64,000 bases of DNA from Pseudomonadota bacterium (GTDB lineage Bacteria; Pseudomonadota; Alphaproteobacteria; Rhodobacterales; Rhodobacteraceae), in assembly GCA_039184415.1 (NCBI GenBank), contig JBCDBB010000001.1:402-64401 (forward strand), given 5' to 3'. This document shows, piece by piece, positions 9,946 to 19,360 of this stretch. The translations under genes and the position numbers were made by a program. The notes beneath the pieces are model-generated. The model had not been told where the DNA came from and made no database searches. It saw nothing but the letters and a program-made list of their open reading frames with translations. How positions within the stretch are numbered: position 1 is the first letter of the stretch; every line of letters begins with the position of its first letter.

Positions 9946-12900
9946 ATGACCGTCGAACTGTCTATCATATCGAACTTCACTTTCCTGACAGGTGCATCGC
10001 ATGCGGAGGAGTATGCCGCCCGGGCTGCAGAAATCGGGCTGGAAGCGATCGCCATCGCCGATGTGAATTCCGTCGCAGGCATCGTGCGCGCCCATACCGC
10101 TTGCCGCGAGATCGCCCGCCAGCTCGCCGCACGCGCAGCCGCCGAGGCTCGGGACGGTCCCATCGGCCCTCCCCTGCCGCAGGAGCACCCGCACCGGCGC
10201 AGCCCGCTTCTGAGATGCGCCCCGCGGCTTGTGCCTGCCGCCCTGCTTGAAATGGAGGATGGTTTCGCGCTCACCGCCCTGCCCCATGACCGCGCTGCCT
10301 GGGGACGGCTCTGCCGGCTGCTGACCATGGGCCGGCGGCGCGCCGAGAAGGGCACCTGCCGGCTGACGCTTGCCGACCTGCTGGACCATGGCACCGGCCT
10401 CGCCCTCCTGCTCCACCCGCCACAGGCCCTGCCTGGGCCGCGCGGCGCGGACGGATGGCTGCCACAGGCGCAGCGCCTGACGCGCCGCTTTCCCGGTCGG
10501 GTCTTCCTGCGCCTCGCCCCGGTCTATGACGGTCAGGACCGGGCCCGGTTCCGGGCGCAGACCCGGCTCGCCGCCGAGCTTGGAATTCCGACCCTCGCCT
10601 CCGCCGCCCCGATGATGCATGCTGCGCGCCGCCGCAGGCTGGCCGACGTTCTGACCGCAATCCGCACCGGCACCAAGATCGACCAGCTCGGCCTCAGCGC
10701 ACTCACCAACGCCGAACGCCGCCTGCGCAGCCCGGCCGAACTCGCCCGCCTGTTCGCCGACCATCCCGACGCAATTGCCCGCGCTGATGCGCTCGCGGCC
10801 GCGCTCACCTTCTCCCTGGATGAGCTGCGCTACGAGTACCCGTCTGAAGCGCAGGGCGGCGAAACCGCCCCCGAACGCCTGACCCGGCTTGCCCATGAGG
10901 GGCTCGCCTGGCGCTATCCCGGCGGCGCGCCGGAACGCGTGCGCCAGCTTCTCGACCATGAGCTCGCGCTCATCGGCAAGCTGAACTACGCGCCCTATTT
11001 CCTCACCGTCCACGATATCGTGGCCTTCGCCCGCTCCCGCGACATCCTCTGCCAGGGCCGGGGCTCCGCCGCCAACTCGGTGGTCTGTTTCTGCCTCGGC
11101 ATCACCTCGGTCTCTCCCGAGATCGGCACCATGGTGTTCGAGCGTTTCGTGTCCGAGGCCCGCGACGAGCCCCCCGATATCGACGTCGATTTCGAACATG
11201 AGCGCCGCGAAGAGGTCATCCAGCATATCTACGAACGCTATGGCCGCGAGCGCGCCGGCCTGACCGCGACCGTGATCCACTATCGCGGCAAGCGGGCGCT
11301 GCGCGAGGTCGGCCGCGCCATGGGCCTGACCGAGGATACGATCAGCGCGCTCTCCTCCCAGCTCTGGGGGTTTTTCTCCGCCGAGGGGCTGGAGGATCAG
11401 CGCCTGCGCGAGATCGGCCTCGACCCCGCCGACCGACGGCTGCAACAGACCCTCGCGCTCGTCCGGGAAATCCAGGGCTTTCCCCGTCATCTCAGCCAGC
11501 ATGTCGGCGGTTTCGTGATCACCGAAGGCCGGCTCGACGAACTGGTCCCCGTCGAGAACGCCACCATGGAGGACCGCACCGTCATCTGCTGGGACAAGGA
11601 CGATATCGACGCGCTCGGCATCCTCAAGATCGACGTGCTGGCCCTCGGCATGCTGAGCTGCATCCGCAAGGCCTTCGACCTGATCGACCACCACCACCAG
11701 ATCCGCCACCGGCTCTCGACGCTCCCGCCCGAGGACCCCCGCGTCTACGACATGCTCTGCCGCGCGGACGCGATTGGGGTCTTTCAGGTCGAAAGCCGGG
11801 CGCAGATGAACTTTCTGCCCCGGATGAAACCGCGCTGCTTCTACGATCTGGTGATCGAGGTCGCCATCGTCCGCCCAGGCCCGATCCAGGGCGACATGGT
11901 CCACCCCTATCTGCGCCGCCGCAATGGCGAGGAGAAGGTGTCCTTTCCCTCCGACGCGCTCGGCGCAGTGCTGCGCAAGACCCTTGGCGTGCCGCTCTTT
12001 CAGGAACAGGCGATGCAGATCGCCATCGTCGGTGCGGGCTTTGATCCGTCAGAGGCCGACCGGCTCCGACGTTCGCTCGCAACCTTCAAGAAACACGGCA
12101 ATGTCAGTGATTTCCGCACCCGCTTTCTGCGCGGCATGGCAAAAAACGGCTATGAAGAGGATTTTGCCGAACGCTGCTTTTCCCAGATCGAAGGATTCGG
12201 CAGTTACGGCTTTCCCGAAAGCCACGCCGCGAGCTTTGCGCTCCTGGTCTATGCCTCGGCCTGGCTGAAATGCCACCATCCCGGGATCTTCGCCTGCGCG
12301 CTGCTGAACTCCCAGCCCATGGGCTTCTATGCGCCCGCGCAGATCGTCCGCGACGCGCGCGAACATGGGGTCGAAGTGCGCCCGGTCTGCGTCAATTCGA
12401 GCTACTGGGACAATGTCATGGAACCCGACGGGCGTGGCGGGCTCGCCCTGCGTCTGGGCTTTCGCCAGATCAAGGCGATGCGCGAAGAAGATGCCGGCTG
12501 GCTCGTCGGTGCCCGCGGCAACGGCTATCGCGCCGTGGCCGATCTCTGGCGGCGGGCGGGGCTGGGCCCGGGCCCGCTCACCACACTGGCCGAGGCCGAC
12601 GCTTTCGCAAGTCTCGGGCTGAGCCGCCGCGAAGCGCTCTGGGAGGCCCGGGCCGTCGCGCCTGACGCCCCGATGCCGCTTTTTGCCGGCGACCTGGAGG
12701 GCGAAGGACCGTCCGAGCCCCTGCCCGCGCTGCCGCCCATGTCAGAAGGCGAGGAGGTGGTGGAGGACTATGTGGCGATGCGGCTGACTCTGCGGCGCCA
12801 TCCCGTGGCACTCCTGCGCCCGCAACTGACCCCCGAGTGGGGCTTCGGCACGCCCGTGCATCACGAGAGTCAGGCACCAAACGCAGGCCCCGATGCCGAC

Positions 12901-13053
12901 AGGGCTCGCGCCGCGTTCGACCGTGCCCATGCCGGGATGGGCGGCGCCCCGCCCTCCAAACCCGACGCGCGCCAGCAGCCGAAGCCGATGCGCTTTCCCA
13001 AACTCATCCGCACCGAGATGTGGGACAAACCGGGCAGCAACCGGCGCAGTTGA
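9946..13053 (+). CDS. dnaE2: Error-prone DNA polymerase DnaE2 (ImuC) with an aberrant, non-homologous C-terminus (likely 3'-truncated)
   Basis: PHP domain start MTVELSIISNFTFLTGASHAEEY and a Pol III alpha core (GRGSAANSVVCFCLGIT, DIDVDFEHERREEV). After ...LRRHPVALLRPQLTPE the sequence becomes low-complexity (WGFGTPVHHESQAPNAGPDADRA...) and shows no OB-fold region. Confidence 0.85.
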   Translation: MTVELSIISNFTFLTGASHAEEYAARAAEIGLEAIAIADVNSVAGIVRAHTACREIARQLAARAAAEARDGPIGPPLPQEHPHRRSPLLRCAPRLVPAALLEMEDGFALTALPHDRAAWGRLCRLLTMGRRRAEKGTCRLTLADLLDHGTGLALLLHPPQALPGPRGADGWLPQAQRLTRRFPGRVFLRLAPVYDGQDRARFRAQTRLAAELGIPTLASAAPMMHAARRRRLADVLTAIRTGTKIDQLGLSALTNAERRLRSPAELARLFADHPDAIARADALAAALTFSLDELRYEYPSEAQGGETAPERLTRLAHEGLAWRYPGGAPERVRQLLDHELALIGKLNYAPYFLTVHDIVAFARSRDILCQGRGSAANSVVCFCLGITSVSPEIGTMVFERFVSEARDEPPDIDVDFEHERREEVIQHIYERYGRERAGLTATVIHYRGKRALREVGRAMGLTEDTISALSSQLWGFFSAEGLEDQRLREIGLDPADRRLQQTLALVREIQGFPRHLSQHVGGFVITEGRLDELVPVENATMEDRTVICWDKDDIDALGILKIDVLALGMLSCIRKAFDLIDHHHQIRHRLSTLPPEDPRVYDMLCRADAIGVFQVESRAQMNFLPRMKPRCFYDLVIEVAIVRPGPIQGDMVHPYLRRRNGEEKVSFPSDALGAVLRKTLGVPLFQEQAMQIAIVGAGFDPSEADRLRRSLATFKKHGNVSDFRTRFLRGMAKNGYEEDFAERCFSQIEGFGSYGFPESHAASFALLVYASAWLKCHHPGIFACALLNSQPMGFYAPAQIVRDAREHGVEVRPVCVNSSYWDNVMEPDGRGGLALRLGFRQIKAMREEDAGWLVGARGNGYRAVADLWRRAGLGPGPLTTLAEADAFASLGLSRREALWEARAVAPDAPMPLFAGDLEGEGPSEPLPALPPMSEGEEVVEDYVAMRLTLRRHPVALLRPQLTPEWGFGTPVHHESQAPNAGPDADRARAAFDRAHAGMGGAPPSKPDARQQPKPMRFPKLIRTEMWDKPGSNRRS

Positions 13054-13187
13054 CCGCCGGCACTGTCCCGCCCTGCCGCCGCCAGACGCGTCCCAACCGT
13101 GCGCCCGGCGACCGGCCACCGACCCAAGGGATCGCCGACCGCCCACCGGCGACGACGCACCCGGCTGCCGGGACGCGCCGCCCGTCT

Positions 13188-14105
13188 TTACGAGACCGCC
13201 TTGGGCAGGGACGGATCGCTGCCCCATTCCGCCCAGGAGCGATGATAGACCCGCACCCGCGGATAGCCCAGAAGACGCAGCGCGACATAGCTGTGCGCCG
13301 AGGCCAGACCGTTTTCGCAATGCATCGTCACACTCCGGTCCGGGGTCACACCCTGTTCTTCAAAATGCGCGCGCAGATCGTCGGCAGGCAGAAAGCGCTT
13401 GTCACCGTCCAGGTTCTGCGCCCAGGGGATACTGACCGCCCAGGGGATGTGACCCTTCTCAAAAATTCCCGTCGGCCGGACATCGATCAGGACATGGGCA
13501 GGATCCGCGCGACGATCCAGAACGAAATCCGCGGTGGCGAATCGGCGCGGACTGGGCGCTGCCTGGAAGGTGGCACTGTCATGACCTTCGCTCATCTGAG
13601 TGATAGGCCCGTTGGCAGCCTGCCACGCGGTAAAGCCACCATTCAGAAGCGCCACATTCTGGTGTCCAAGATACTCCAGCAGCCAGAACATCCGGGCCGC
13701 ATGGAACCCGCCACGGTCGTCATAGAAGATGATCCGGCGGTCGGTGGCGACGCCGAGGTCGCTTAGAAGCGCTTCGATCTCCGGGGTCGATCGCAACGAC
13801 CCGCCGACGGGGCTATGCTCCGCAACGACGGCATTGGGATCGAGATGCCGCGCACCGCGAATATGGCCGGCGTCGAACGCTTCGCGCGGGCGCACATCGA
13901 CCAGAACGATGCCTTCACTGTCCAGGATCGGTCGCAGCGTTTCAACCGGCGAGACCGCACCGATCAGTTCGCCGGGTTCGACCAAAAGATGCGGGTACGT
14001 GTAGCCTGCAGAGCCTAGGCTTTCTGCAAGGGACAGACCCGGCACAGCAGCTGACATCGCCAGGGACATAAGACCAAACTCGCGACGTGTAAGACCATGT
14101 TTCAT
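13188..14105 (-). CDS. Tat-exported rhodanese-domain sulfurtransferase (thiosulfate/3-mercaptopyruvate sulfurtransferase type)
   Basis: MKHGLTRREFGLMSLAMSAAVPGLSLA signal, tandem rhodanese domains, active-site CENGLASA. GGAGG lies 7 nt upstream of the ATG at 14105. Confidence 0.8.
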   Translation of the reverse strand: MKHGLTRREFGLMSLAMSAAVPGLSLAESLGSAGYTYPHLLVEPGELIGAVSPVETLRPILDSEGIVLVDVRPREAFDAGHIRGARHLDPNAVVAEHSPVGGSLRSTPEIEALLSDLGVATDRRIIFYDDRGGFHAARMFWLLEYLGHQNVALLNGGFTAWQAANGPITQMSEGHDSATFQAAPSPRRFATADFVLDRRADPAHVLIDVRPTGIFEKGHIPWAVSIPWAQNLDGDKRFLPADDLRAHFEEQGVTPDRSVTMHCENGLASAHSYVALRLLGYPRVRVYHRSWAEWGSDPSLPKAVS

Positions 14106-14131
14106 AATTGTTTCCTCCTCATGCAAGCAAG

Positions 14132-14794
14132 CTAGGCCGACCGCTGGCTGACCAGCCGCAGATAGGGCAGCGGAGATTTCCAGCCCTCGGGATAGCGTTT
14201 CCGGGCTTCGTCGTCGGAGACCGAGGGCACGATCACCAGATCCTCGCCCTGCTGCCAGTTTGCCGGGGTGGCCAGTTGGTGGCGCGCGGTCAGCTGCAGG
14301 CTGTCGATGACGCGCAGCACCTCGTTGAAGTCGCGCCCGGTGGTCATCGGGTAGGAAATCGTCAGTTTGATCCGCTTGTCGGGGCCGATCACGAACAGCG
14401 TGCGCGCCGTGGCATTGTCGGCGGCGGTCCGGCCTTCGGCGCGGTCACCGGCATCTGTCGGCAGCATGCCGTAGAGCTTGGCAATGCTCAGATCGGTGTC
14501 GCCGATCAGCGGATAGTTCGGCGCCATGCCGGACGCGATTTCAATATCCGCGGCCCAACTGGCATGATCCGCGACCGGATCGATCGACAGGCCGATGAGC
14601 TTGACACCGCGGCGGTCGAACTCGGGCTTCATGCGGGCGACGACGCCCAGCTCGGTCGTGCAGATCGGGGTGAAATCCTTCGGGTGCGAAAAGAGAACGC
14701 ACCAGGCATCGCCGATCCATTCATGAAACCGGATCGGGCCTTGGGTGCTCTGTCCGGTGAAATCCGGTGCAATGCTGTTGATCGAAAGAGGCAT
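14132..14794 (-). CDS. 1-Cys/Prx6-type peroxiredoxin
   Basis: MPLSINSIAPDFTGQSTQGPIRFHEWIGDAWCVLFSHPKDFTPICTTELG. Confidence 0.9.
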   Translation of the reverse strand: MPLSINSIAPDFTGQSTQGPIRFHEWIGDAWCVLFSHPKDFTPICTTELGVVARMKPEFDRRGVKLIGLSIDPVADHASWAADIEIASGMAPNYPLIGDTDLSIAKLYGMLPTDAGDRAEGRTAADNATARTLFVIGPDKRIKLTISYPMTTGRDFNEVLRVIDSLQLTARHQLATPANWQQGEDLVIVPSVSDDEARKRYPEGWKSPLPYLRLVSQRSA

Positions 14795-14948
14795 GGGACA
14801 TCCTGTTGCTGCTGGTCTCGAACATGGCGCGCGCAAAGCGGCGCGGCCGATGCAAACGACCTAGCAAGGCACGGCCTGCCGATCCTGAAGGAGTTCTGAA
14901 AGAGTCCTGAAACCCAGCCAGTCCCGAGACGAAGACCGGGGATCGTTG

Positions 14949-16148
14949 CTAGGCGACCGCGAGACCGCGCCGCATCCGCCGGAACCGGCGATCTTCGGCG
15001 ATGTTCGCAAAGGCCGGGTCGGCGTCCAGCCAATGCACATCGCGCCAGCCATGGTCGAAAAGCTGCTCGAAACACAAAAGAGCACGATCCAATTCGCCGA
15101 TCATGGCAAAGGCCGACGCGTGGTAGATCGCCTGCGCGCTGTTGGTGACGTCGATGTCCCTCATCGTGGCATAGGCGGCCGCAGGCTCGCCCATCAGGGC
15201 CATCAGCACACCCGAAGCCGTGAGCGCACGCGGATCGTTTGGATCGACCGACAGCCGTGTTCTGGCGCGTATCAGAGCGCGTTCGGCGTTGCGCCGGGAC
15301 CGCATCGGATCGTAGGCGGAACACAGACAGGCCGCCTGCAAATAGGCCTTGATGTTCTGCGGATCGAGATCACCGGCCTGCTCGAAAAAGGCCACCGCGG
15401 CGCGGTAGTTTCGGCGCGACATCATCATCCACGCAGCGTGGTGATAGCAGCAGGGATCGCGCGGATCCGTCGCCAGCGCCCTGCCATGCGCCGCCTCGGC
15501 CGCGCGCCAGTGACCGAACGCTCCCAAAGCGTATCCGAGCGCGGAATGAGCCCGCGCACAGCTCGCATCAAGCGCGACGGCCGTCTCGGCTTCCGCTAGG
15601 GCACGGCTGAGCAGGTCGTAGCCTTCCGACCAGTACATGTGGCTGCGCACCAGCGCGATGGCCCGGTCCGACCGCACTGAAGGACACTCCGGCGAAAGAT
15701 CGACAGCTTCCGCGGTCAGTTCCTCGGCCCGCTCGATCGACCCTGCGCCGCAACGCACCAGTTCTGTGCGCGCCTCCAGACAGAGCGCATGGGCCGCGAG
15801 GTTTATCTCCCGCATCGTCCGGGCCGGCGACGTCGGCGCAATACTCGTGATTTCACGAAGAACAGGCGCCATGAGACGATAGCCGCCCCGAGACACGGTC
15901 TCGATCAGGGAGCGATCCGCAAGTTTCCGGCGCAGCTCCGATACGACTTGGGTCAGGCTTTCATCGCTGACGGTCACATCGGGCCAGACGCGGTCCAGCA
16001 ACTCAGACCTTGACAGAGTTGCGCCGTCTGCGGCGACCAGGGCATCCAGCAACCGTATCGCACGTGGCGAAAGCTGCTGGACGGAACCGTTCTTTTGCGC
16101 GGTCCGGGCGCCGAAATCGACCCGCCAGCCGCTGATTGAGAGATGCAT
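14949..16148 (-). CDS. Winged-helix (OmpR/CadC-type DNA-binding domain) transcriptional regulator fused to TPR repeats
   Basis: N-terminal Trans_reg_C-like region (LSPRAIRLLDALVAADGATLSRSELLDRVWPDVTVSDESLTQVVSELRRKL...GGYRL). No receiver domain. C-terminal TPR-like helices. Confidence 0.7.
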   Translation of the reverse strand: MHLSISGWRVDFGARTAQKNGSVQQLSPRAIRLLDALVAADGATLSRSELLDRVWPDVTVSDESLTQVVSELRRKLADRSLIETVSRGGYRLMAPVLREITSIAPTSPARTMREINLAAHALCLEARTELVRCGAGSIERAEELTAEAVDLSPECPSVRSDRAIALVRSHMYWSEGYDLLSRALAEAETAVALDASCARAHSALGYALGAFGHWRAAEAAHGRALATDPRDPCCYHHAAWMMMSRRNYRAAVAFFEQAGDLDPQNIKAYLQAACLCSAYDPMRSRRNAERALIRARTRLSVDPNDPRALTASGVLMALMGEPAAAYATMRDIDVTNSAQAIYHASAFAMIGELDRALLCFEQLFDHGWRDVHWLDADPAFANIAEDRRFRRMRRGLAVA

Positions 16149-16355
16149 GGAGTTTATCCTGCGGGCATGAAGCGTCCTGAAGTGCGCGGACGCTAGGGCA
16201 ACTTGCTTCGAAGTCGACAGTTAAAGATGACATCACGCACGCGTTTGTGACAGCACCGTGAACGGACCAACCCGGCCAGCAGTGTGAAAAACCCGTTATC
16301 GCCGCAGTCAGCCAAACTCGGCTCGGCTATGGCGGCGCCGAGAGCATCTCTGTTG

Positions 16356-16529
16356 TCAGTCCTCCTGCGGTTCGGCCGCATTTTCGGGCTCTCTCGAAAC
16401 GGTCTCTGGCACCGGAGGGCGCAAACTGAGGGCCTGATGCGGGCGGATCTCGTTGTAGCGCCCAGGCCGGATGCCAATGACGACCCGGGCGAATGCGACG
16501 GCGCGGCACAGCCCGTCCTTGAGCCTGTT
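16356..16529 (-). mobile_element. Remnant of an IS3-family-type transposase (C-terminal end of the integrase core domain only)
   Basis: NRLKDGLCRAVAFARVVIGIRPGRYNEIRPHQALSLRPPVPETV matches the conserved ...YN..RPH.ALG..PP.. tail of rve-domain transposases. The upstream part is replaced by the hexanucleotide repeat. Confidence 0.6.
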
Positions 16530-16531
16530 GC

Positions 16532-16596
16532 CTGCGGCTGCGGCTGCGGCTGCGGCTGCGGCTGCGGCTGCGGCTGCGGCTGCGGCTGCGGCTGCG
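16532..16596. repeat. Perfect hexanucleotide microsatellite (CTGCGG) x about 10.8
   Basis: Read directly. It translates as poly-Ala, (PQ)n, (CG)n etc. in the spurious ORFs that cross it. It lies about 160 bp upstream of the hydrolase gene start. Confidence 0.95.
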
Positions 16597-16753
16597 AAGT
16601 CAGACGACGCGCAAACCTGCCAGACAATCAAAGAAACTGCGCGATCAGGCGAATGCGCAGATTGTTGCCATAACGTCCATTTTTTTCGCCGCGGGGCCAG
16701 TGTTTGAGAGTAGTATCTCGTTGGTCCCGTGAGGAAAAAATGCTTGGGAGGCT

Positions 16754-17935
16754 GTGGTGAGAGCTATTGCCGGATTGATTGGCGGATTTCTGATTTCGGC
16801 CTGGCTTGTCGCAGCACAGGCCAGCGAACCTTGGGCAGTCGAAAAACCTTCCGAACAGCCAGAGCTTTTTCCGGGTGAGGAAATGCTCCTGACCAACGGA
16901 ACTGAGACCTTGAACTATTTCAAGGCGGGAGAGCCCGGTAAGCCGCTGGTCATCTTTGTGCCAGGCGGATTTCATCTGGCCCGTGTCGCCTATGGTTATC
17001 CGGGCGGGAACGAACGGGACTTTCTCGCGCATTGGCTCGCCGAAGCGGGCTATTCCTTCCTCGGGGCGTCCTATCCGACCGGCAACGAGGTCTACTCGAA
17101 GGCCTATCCGGCTTTCTCGATCAGGGACTGGGGCAACCAGGTGGCGGCCGTGGCCAAGCATTATGTGGATCAGCACGGTCTCTCCGGTGACGTGATCGTA
17201 CTGGGCTGGAGCGCGGGCGGCCAGATCGCGCAGTCGGTCTATGAGGCATCACAGGCGATTGGGCTCCGCATGAGCCTCTATGTCTCAATTGCCTCGACAC
17301 CACCCATCCCCCTCCTCTTGGCGGCTCCAGGCGCAATCTCCAAGGCTGAGAACGGATTGTCCGCCGCGCCGCAGTTTTACGACCTTTTCAAGAAATATGT
17401 CGACGCGCAGGACCAGTTGAACGGCCACGAGATCATGCCGTGGTCCAGCTTCGAAGCAGATGTTCTGGGCGACATTCCCGTTGCTCTGAACGCGATCATG
17501 ATCGCCTCTCGCTACGAAAACGGTGAGTTTGTCGAGGACCTTGAATGGTCTTTGGCCGACACGGGCGCTTTGAAGATGACCGATTTCCCGTTTGCGGTGA
17601 CCATTTCCGGGACCAAGGTGCTCGACAATGACCACGCCCTCACAGACCGCGGCAACTGGGGTCTCTATCAGGTCCAGCATCTTTATCGGAACCTCGTTCT
17701 TCCGGTTCTGTCCAAGTCCGAGGACATAGATCCGGCCGCTTGGCAGCAGCTCATGGACCGGATGAACTATGCCACCTCCGGCGCGCTCAATGCGCGCGTG
17801 CCAGGTAACCATTTCTTCTGGTATGGCGAAGTTGGAGCCCGCGAAACCGTTCAACAACTGGACATGCTGATCCTGCGCGCGGAGAATTTGCAGGACGATA
17901 TCCGCAAAGCCCTCAGCACAGTGAAGGCCGAGTAA
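16754..17935 (+). CDS. Secreted alpha/beta-fold hydrolase (serine nucleophile GWSAGG)
   Basis: Signal peptide MVRAIAGLIGGFLISAWLVAAQA. VIFVPGGFH and VIVLGWSAGGQ motifs. GTG start. AT-richer than the core genes. Confidence 0.65.
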   Translation: MVRAIAGLIGGFLISAWLVAAQASEPWAVEKPSEQPELFPGEEMLLTNGTETLNYFKAGEPGKPLVIFVPGGFHLARVAYGYPGGNERDFLAHWLAEAGYSFLGASYPTGNEVYSKAYPAFSIRDWGNQVAAVAKHYVDQHGLSGDVIVLGWSAGGQIAQSVYEASQAIGLRMSLYVSIASTPPIPLLLAAPGAISKAENGLSAAPQFYDLFKKYVDAQDQLNGHEIMPWSSFEADVLGDIPVALNAIMIASRYENGEFVEDLEWSLADTGALKMTDFPFAVTISGTKVLDNDHALTDRGNWGLYQVQHLYRNLVLPVLSKSEDIDPAAWQQLMDRMNYATSGALNARVPGNHFFWYGEVGARETVQQLDMLILRAENLQDDIRKALSTVKAE

Positions 17936-18009
17936 GGCCACAGAGTGTTCCGAGCACGCATTCAGACAATCCAGAGCACCAGAGCGCGGCACTTCTTTGG
18001 GGGAGAGAG

Positions 18010-19359
18010 ATGACGAGAGTTCTTATACCGTCAGGAGCGCTTGGTCTGACCTTTGACCGCGACGCCTTGATGGAAGGGATCGCGAATAGTCCGGACATCA
18101 TAGCGATAGACGGCGGCTCCACCGATAGCGGCCCCGCGTATCTCGGCGCGGGCGTCTCAAAATACTCGCGCTCCTCGATCAAGGATGAATGGCGCACGCT
18201 CGTGATGGCGCGCGAACAGGCCGGTGTTCCCCTTGTCGTGGGGACCGCAGGCACCTGCGGAAGCGACGCCTCGGTCGACTGGATGTTCGACATAACCCAA
18301 GAGATCGCCAAGGAAGAAGGTCTCTCGCTTGAGGTCGCGCTGATCTATTCTGGACAGTCGAACGAAAAAATCGCGCAGGCCCTGAACGAGGGAAGGGTTC
18401 ACCCCCTGCCCGGCGCGCCAGAGATTGACACGCAAATCATCCAGGACTGCTCAAACATTGTTGCACTCGCTGGTGCAGAGCAAATCCAGGCGGGCATCCA
18501 AACGGGCGCAGACATCATCATTTCGGGAAGGACGACGGATACCGCTAACATCGGGGCGCTACCCCTTTTGCGCGGGGATCATCCTGGTGCCGTTTGGCAT
18601 GGAGCGAAAGTGGGCGAATGCGGTGCGATCGCCACGAGCAATCCGGCCTCGGGCGTCATTCAGATCGACTTCGACAGAAGCGGGTTCACCATTGCGCCCC
18701 TTTCAAAGAACGCACGCGCGACCACCTTCAGCGTGTCGGCCCACATGCTCTATGAAAACGCTGACCCGTTTGTCCTTCATGAGCCGGGCGGCAACCTTGA
18801 TGTGAGAGGGTCGACCTACCATCAAGTCGACGAGCGGACTGTCCGTGTCGAGGGGTCGGAGTGGAAACCCGGCCCCTATACGGTGAAGCTCGAAGGCGCA
18901 CGCTTGGCCGGTTATCAGGCGGTCAGCATGGTGCAGCTGCGCGATCCTCGCTATGTCCGGCAGGCGCGCGCTTGGGCCGACAGTATCAAAGCCCTTTGCA
19001 TCGACGAGGTTTCAAGAAAACTGTCCTTGCTCCCTGGCGCTTTCGACATCGAGTTTCGCCTGATTGGGATCGACGCCGTGTTGGGGCCATTGGAGACGCA
19101 TGTCAGTCATGCTCACGAGATCGGCGTGATGGTGATCTCGATCGCGCCGACGGAGGCGCTGGTGAAGGAGATTGCAAAGATACTGAATCCCTACCTTTTG
19201 CATCATTCGCTCATCGAGAACGAAGCGATGCCGAGCTTTGCGTTTCCTTTCTCTCCGGCCGAGTCAATTCGCGGGCCGCTTTATGAGTTTTGCCTGTACC
19301 ATGTTTTGGAGCTGGACGATCCCATGGACGCGTTCCGGCTGGATCGTCGGAGCATCTGA
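18010..19359 (+). CDS. AtuA-like (DUF1446) acyclic terpene utilisation family protein
   Basis: MTRVLIPSGALGLTFDRDAL...IIAIDGGSTDSGPAYLGAG...VVGTAGTCGSD is typical of DUF1446. Confidence 0.7.
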   Translation: MTRVLIPSGALGLTFDRDALMEGIANSPDIIAIDGGSTDSGPAYLGAGVSKYSRSSIKDEWRTLVMAREQAGVPLVVGTAGTCGSDASVDWMFDITQEIAKEEGLSLEVALIYSGQSNEKIAQALNEGRVHPLPGAPEIDTQIIQDCSNIVALAGAEQIQAGIQTGADIIISGRTTDTANIGALPLLRGDHPGAVWHGAKVGECGAIATSNPASGVIQIDFDRSGFTIAPLSKNARATTFSVSAHMLYENADPFVLHEPGGNLDVRGSTYHQVDERTVRVEGSEWKPGPYTVKLEGARLAGYQAVSMVQLRDPRYVRQARAWADSIKALCIDEVSRKLSLLPGAFDIEFRLIGIDAVLGPLETHVSHAHEIGVMVISIAPTEALVKEIAKILNPYLLHHSLIENEAMPSFAFPFSPAESIRGPLYEFCLYHVLELDDPMDAFRLDRRSI

Positions 19360-19360
19360 A

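Noticed and set aside
9847-11904. 685-aa minus-strand ORF inside dnaE2. The same applies to 32657..34063 (opposite petB), 40829..42874 (opposite the coiled-coil gene), 51629..53245 (opposite ffh) and 7888..8823 (opposite phoX)
   Set aside because: All are codon-complement shadows of well-recognised genes. Their sequences are low-complexity (R/G/H/D/P-rich) and lack SD and start context.
16532-16596. Possible CRISPR array or coding poly-Ala/(PQ)n protein across the hexamer repeat
   Set aside because: The repeat unit is 6 nt with no spacers, so it is not a CRISPR. Every ORF crossing it lacks protein-like flanks except the transposase stump.
16754-16790. Possible direct repeat of the tRNA-Lys 3' end (TGGTGAG...GGATT) marking the far island border
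   Set aside because: Only 7+5 scattered matching bases, lying inside the hydrolase start region. This is not a credible att repeat.
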